The notes below the pieces were generated by a model, which saw only the letters and a program-made list of their open reading frames with translations, made no database searches and was not told the origin of the DNA. Below are positions 51,123-64,000 of a DNA stretch of 64,000 nt, piece after piece. Numbering within the stretch: the first letter of the stretch is position 1; every line of letters starts with the position of its first letter. The DNA comes from Trichoplax adhaerens (Eukaryota > Animalia > Placozoa): assembly GCF_000150275.1 (NCBI RefSeq), contig NW_002060943.1:10262209-10326208 (forward strand), written 5' to 3'. The position numbers were made by a program, and so were the translations under genes.

Positions 51123-54100
51123 ATGGTTGATGTTGGCGAACTCCTACAATTAGCTGAAAAAGTGAGTATTACTGATATAACTTTTGACATTTTTTATAAA
51201 TACTTGTTCCCGTAGCACTCTTTATGAAATTAACTAAGAAATTGTACCAATTTGAGGATGATCGTCCTATGAAGCGAAGGCGTATAGATGGCAGTGATGA
51301 TCATAAAAGTTTAGGTGCTTCATCCAGTGGAAACAGCAGCTCCGCAGCTGCAGCTATAACTAGTAGCACAAAGTTGAGCAATGAAGAGCGTGATAAAATC
51401 TTAGCCATGCTAGATGATGAGCCAGAGGTAAATACGTTGATTGATTATTGAAGCAAATACATCAGTCATGTTTCGCCCTAAAATGTTGTTGTTAACTTAG
51501 TACGCTTACAATCTAGACGGTTTCGCGTATGTTCGCTTTTAAGAGGTATCATGCAGACCGTACTTTAGTTTACAGTATTCTGATTTACAAGTATTTGCAA
51601 ACAATACAGTCTGCGGTCAAAGCAGGGACAACTCGAGGGAAAAAAAATTATTATTTCCTTCGAGTTATCCCTCGTTAAAGTTATGCTACAATACTTAACA
51701 TTATTTGTGGCTTCATTTGAATAGACCTTATAGACACTCAGTCTGTCACCATGCTCTTACTGTTTACAAAGTTTCATTTTCAACTGTATATATGTCGTTT
51801 ACCGTATAGATAATCGGTCATTTTGCAAAATGACTGATGCAAAAGCAGGGTTTCTTCATCAAGTAGAGCACTGTACTTAAGTTCTTTTACGTTAATATGC
51901 GCTGCAAAGCACATTATACAAAGCTATTCACTACTATATAGTGTATCTGTCAATAAGAACAAACTATCATTACTGCCCTACTGATGTAACACATTCTATT
52001 ATCTGTACATTAAAAGTGTAAGTAGACTTAACAATATGTGATTATAATTAACTCATGCTGTCTAATTGTATTGACGTACGATATCAAAGACAGAATCATT
52101 AGATTCGCATAGCCTAAAGAAGTTGATACTAAGTTTCGAGAAGAAGGTATCAAAGAATCAAGAGATGAGAATTAAACATCCTGATGATCCAAAGAAGTAC
52201 GTTAGTAAAATTTTAATCTCTAACATACTATGCACCATAATCTATGTTAAAAGGATAAGATACGTATGTATACAACTAGTAAAAATATAATATGACGTGG
52301 TAGATAATTTATTTATATTGCTAATTATAATTAATAATTATGTAAGTTAAGTATAAATCACCATCTTCACATCTGATTGACCCTGGTATTACTACGGTAT
52401 ATAGCTATTTGTTAAACATAATAACTTACTTGTCAATGCATAGATTTATGGAATCTGAAATTGAATTGTATGAAGAAATTCAGAAATTGAATGTCATTGC
52501 TACTGCCCCGGAACTCTATCCACAATTGGTCGAGCTAAACACTATCAAATCCTTCGTTGATCTGCTGACTCACGATAATTCTGGTAGTTTTCACTTAATT
52601 ATAATTATAAATATTTATTTTATCACTTTAATAAGCTATGCAGTACTGCTAAAGAGATAGAACTATAAAGCTATATGGCCATTACGAATTTAGAGCATAA
52701 TGAGACATACTGCTTCTCATCATTGTTGTAGTTATTGGTTACTACTTACTTTATACCTACCCTTCTACTTCAGCTCTTGAAATATCGTAATTATGTCCGA
52801 TTTTCTATTATACAGATATATCCATTGCAATTGTGGATTTACTACAAGAGATGACTGATGTTGATAGTTTACACGAAAGTCATGAGGGAGCAGTGGCATT
52901 AATAGACGTTCTGGTTAGATAAACCGTTTTCATTCATTAACATAATAATTAACTTTTATGCTACTGTCCGTGATATCCGTGACATAAGTAAAATTTGTTT
53001 TTCCCTTATATTTGCGTATCGTGATAAAATGATTTAGGTGGAGAATCAAATTGTCACTTTATTAATTCAAAACATTGAACGACTAAACGATTCTATAAGA
53101 GAAGAAGCTGATGGAGTTCATAATACGCTAGGTTTGACTTTTGACTAACAATAAATTACGTAATTGGACGCTTTTTACGTATTAAATTATTAAAGTGATT
53201 GCTACTAACTTCATAAAATTATCGTTCTTGAAATTATAAACAAAGACACTCATTAATGACTTTTATTTATACTGTTCTAGCTATTATTGAAAATCTAACA
53301 GAGTTTAAACCTGAGTTATCTACCGAAGCAGCGAATCAAGGACTTATGCAGTGGATTTTGAGGAGTTTAGTGGTAAGCAAATACTTCTTTTCGGATGAGA
53401 GATTGATTAGATTACAAACAGTCGTATTGTCATACATTGGAACGGTGTTATTATTTTAGGCGAAACGCAACACCTATGATGCAAATAAAGCCTATTCTTG
53501 TGAAATACTTGCAGTCCTACTACAAGGCCACGAAGGTATACTTTAAACGTAAAGGGTGAGTATGATATTCTTCACGATTAGCTCATGCTTGCCACAAAAT
53601 TTTTATAGGGAATCGCACATTGTTAGGCGAATTAGAGGGTATCGACACACTACTTCAAATATTGTCTGTAAGTTTCGCTCAAATTTCGTTCTATATTACT
53701 TATACGAGTACAACTATAACGGGCGTTTATGTAGTATCCTATCATGTCTGTAATATTTTCAAGGTATATCATAAGCGAGACCCGACCACCGCAGACGAAA
53801 TTGAAATGCTGGAAAATTTGTTCGATTGCCTGTGTTCATCATTAATGCAGTGTCCTGGAAATTGCGAAAGATTTTTACGTGGTGAGGGTCTACAGTTAAT
53901 GATATTGATGCTAAGGTAGGTGTATTGAATTATTATTAAATATTATTATCAACTGACATCCGTTTACGTGATGCTCTTTCTAATGATTCCTACCATTTTA
54001 GATCGAAAAAGCTTAGTAGCAAAGGAGCAATAAAAACTTTAACTTATGTTTTATCAAACTATAATGGACCAGATTGTGCTGTAAAGTTTATAGAACTATT

Positions 54101-55295
54101 TGGTTTACGTAGTCTTTTTCCTTTATTTATGAAAGTATGACGCCGTGTTGCATCTCCTTTCGAAATTTACAATAAAGTAGTAGCTACAAATTTCAATGTT
54201 ATGAGTTTGCTTTATTATTATTTAGACACCAAAAATGTTTAAAAAACTGACCAATGAAAGTGAGCATATAGGTTAGAATTTATCAACATTACATCAATCA
54301 CTTTAAACTTTTATTCTGAAACTTTTACAAATAAAGCGAGAAAAATTCTTCTTATGATGAATTGCTATGTTTTGTTGAAATCTAGAACACATTTGCTCCA
54401 TTATGGTCCATTTATTTCGGCATAGTTCAGGACAATCCAAGTCTAGATTAGCGAATAAATTTATCGAAAACGATTTCGAGAAGGTAAATTAATCATTACT
54501 AGAATTAATACTTAGTGTTCATATCGACGGATTATATTTAGAGAAACATTATTTTATTTTAGGTGGATCGTCTTATGGAGCTACATTTTGAGTATATGCA
54601 TCGTGTTCAAGAATGTGATAATAAAATCGAAGAAGAAAAACGAGTAAGTCAGTATCCATAAAAATTTACAAAGTACTGTCATATCTTCGACTTAGGATTT
54701 TCTAAAATGTTTGCACTCTGGTGCTAATGCACTAATTTTACGTAATTTAAGGTGATAAATTGATTAATGATAATGCTGCTGACTTACTAGTGATTTCGGG
54801 CAAACACTGTTTCTCGTAGGAATTAGCTGATGATGGTGAAGAGATTGACGAAAGTTTAGAAGAGGAATTCTATCTACGTCGATTGGATGCAGGTCTTTTT
54901 AGCCTGCATCTTATTGATACGATCATGTTGGAGGCTTCAGCTGCTGGTGGTCCAAATGTATGTCTAATGCACCTGCACAAACTTTACGTTTTTATACACT
55001 AATTCGCTACTCTTTATCCAGGTAAGGCATCGTATTCAAACGTTATTAAATCAGCATGGAGGTTCCATGAAGGCTGTAAAGGATATCATGCGAGGTATAG
55101 TACATCTTTCGATACCGTAGCAGGTCTATTTTACCACTTATTTTAATTAAGGGCAAAAATGTATCTAACTTGACGCACGAATTTAATCTTTTATTTTAAT
55201 GTATAGAATATGCAAGTCAAATCGGTGACGCAAATAGTAAAGATAGCAAAGATGCAGAACAACGTCGCATTTTGTCGTTAATCGATAGATTTTAA
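51123..55295 (+). CDS. CTNNBL1: Beta-catenin-like protein 1 (Prp19/NineTeen complex); multi-exon
   Basis: MVDVGELL; LKKLILSFEKKVSKNQEMRIKHPDDPKK|FMESEIEL; LLTHDNS|DISIAIVDLLQEMTD; EEADGVHNTL; RDPTTADEIEMLENLFDCLCS; FLRGEGLQLMILMLR; EK|VDRLMELH; FYLRRLDAGLFSL. Stop at 55293-55295. Confidence 0.95.
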
Positions 55296-55741
55296 GTTCA
55301 TAAAACTATCAATAACTCGTTATTACAGGATATACCGCATAGATTTATTAAGTCATAACGTTATTGCTTGCAATTATACATGCATTAACGCCTGCGGTGG
55401 TCTATAGCACAATGTTATATATTAAACTTATTAATTCCTAAAGTTATTGTAAATTCAGTAGACTGTGTTCAATGTGATCGATTACTTAGACACTTTAAAC
55501 ATATCGAGACCTTTATTATTTTAATCATGATCAAGACATAAGGCACAGCTTCGGCTGCATTAGGCCTTGCTCATTAAACTTTAGATTCTTTGATTCGCAT
55601 AAGTCTATTGACACTGCGATATATTTTACAATAAATTATTCTTCGGTAACCCTTAGCACTAGATTAATGGCAGGTTATGCTTAATTACCATGAACTTAGA
55701 TGTTACAGTAAAAGTAGTATTATGCTAATAACAAAATCGAA

Positions 55742-63827
<8,086 letters not shown>

Positions 63828-63876
63828 GTTACTGAGTATTCCGGCGCCAATTTTAAAAGGCATGCGCAGGGCTTAA

Positions 63877-63990
63877 TGTACCTTGTACAATGTACTGTAC
63901 TGTACAGTATACAGTACAGTAGTAATGGTACGGTACTGTACGTAAAGTGGTAAAGTCATACAGTACAGTACAGTACTGAGCACACAGCAC
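63877..63990. promoter_or_regulatory. TACAG/CTGTA array upstream of SPT16
   Basis: Pentamer array starting about 50 bp upstream of the ATG at 63827, running to the window end. Confidence 0.7.
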
Positions 63991-64000
63991 AGTGTGGACC

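Overview
AT-rich eukaryotic (animal) genomic DNA with compact, intron-rich genes. The short introns, gene set and intronless divergent GPCR suggest a placozoan such as Trichoplax; this is inference. Most ORFs in the supplied track are exon fragments or spurious. Eleven genes were reconstructed by hand from splice sites: RELCH 3' part (+), DDX5/DDX17-type helicase (-), a p40phox/NCF4-like PX-PB1 protein lacking SH3 (-), PHAF1/C16orf70 (+), an intronless rhodopsin-class GPCR (-), an F-box/WD40 protein (-), EDEM2 (+), inositol monophosphatase (-), a small coiled-coil protein with a CEP290-like C-terminal motif (+), CTNNBL1 (+) and SPT16 (-). The main non-coding signals: (1) arrays of a palindrome-forming TACAG/CTGTA pentamer mark the promoter of every intron-containing gene whose start is in the window, but not the GPCR; (2) nested long-range RNA helices lie in the DDX5 intron at the yeast DBP2 autoregulatory intron position; (3) DDX5 intron 2 contains an internal promoter-like, hairpin-rich segment; (4) RELCH has a U12-type intron; (5) a Helitron-like 3' end has an exact 28-bp copy embedded in the DDX5 promoter array; (6) a solo-LTR-like segment is present. 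There is a 50-N assembly gap at 31143-31192.
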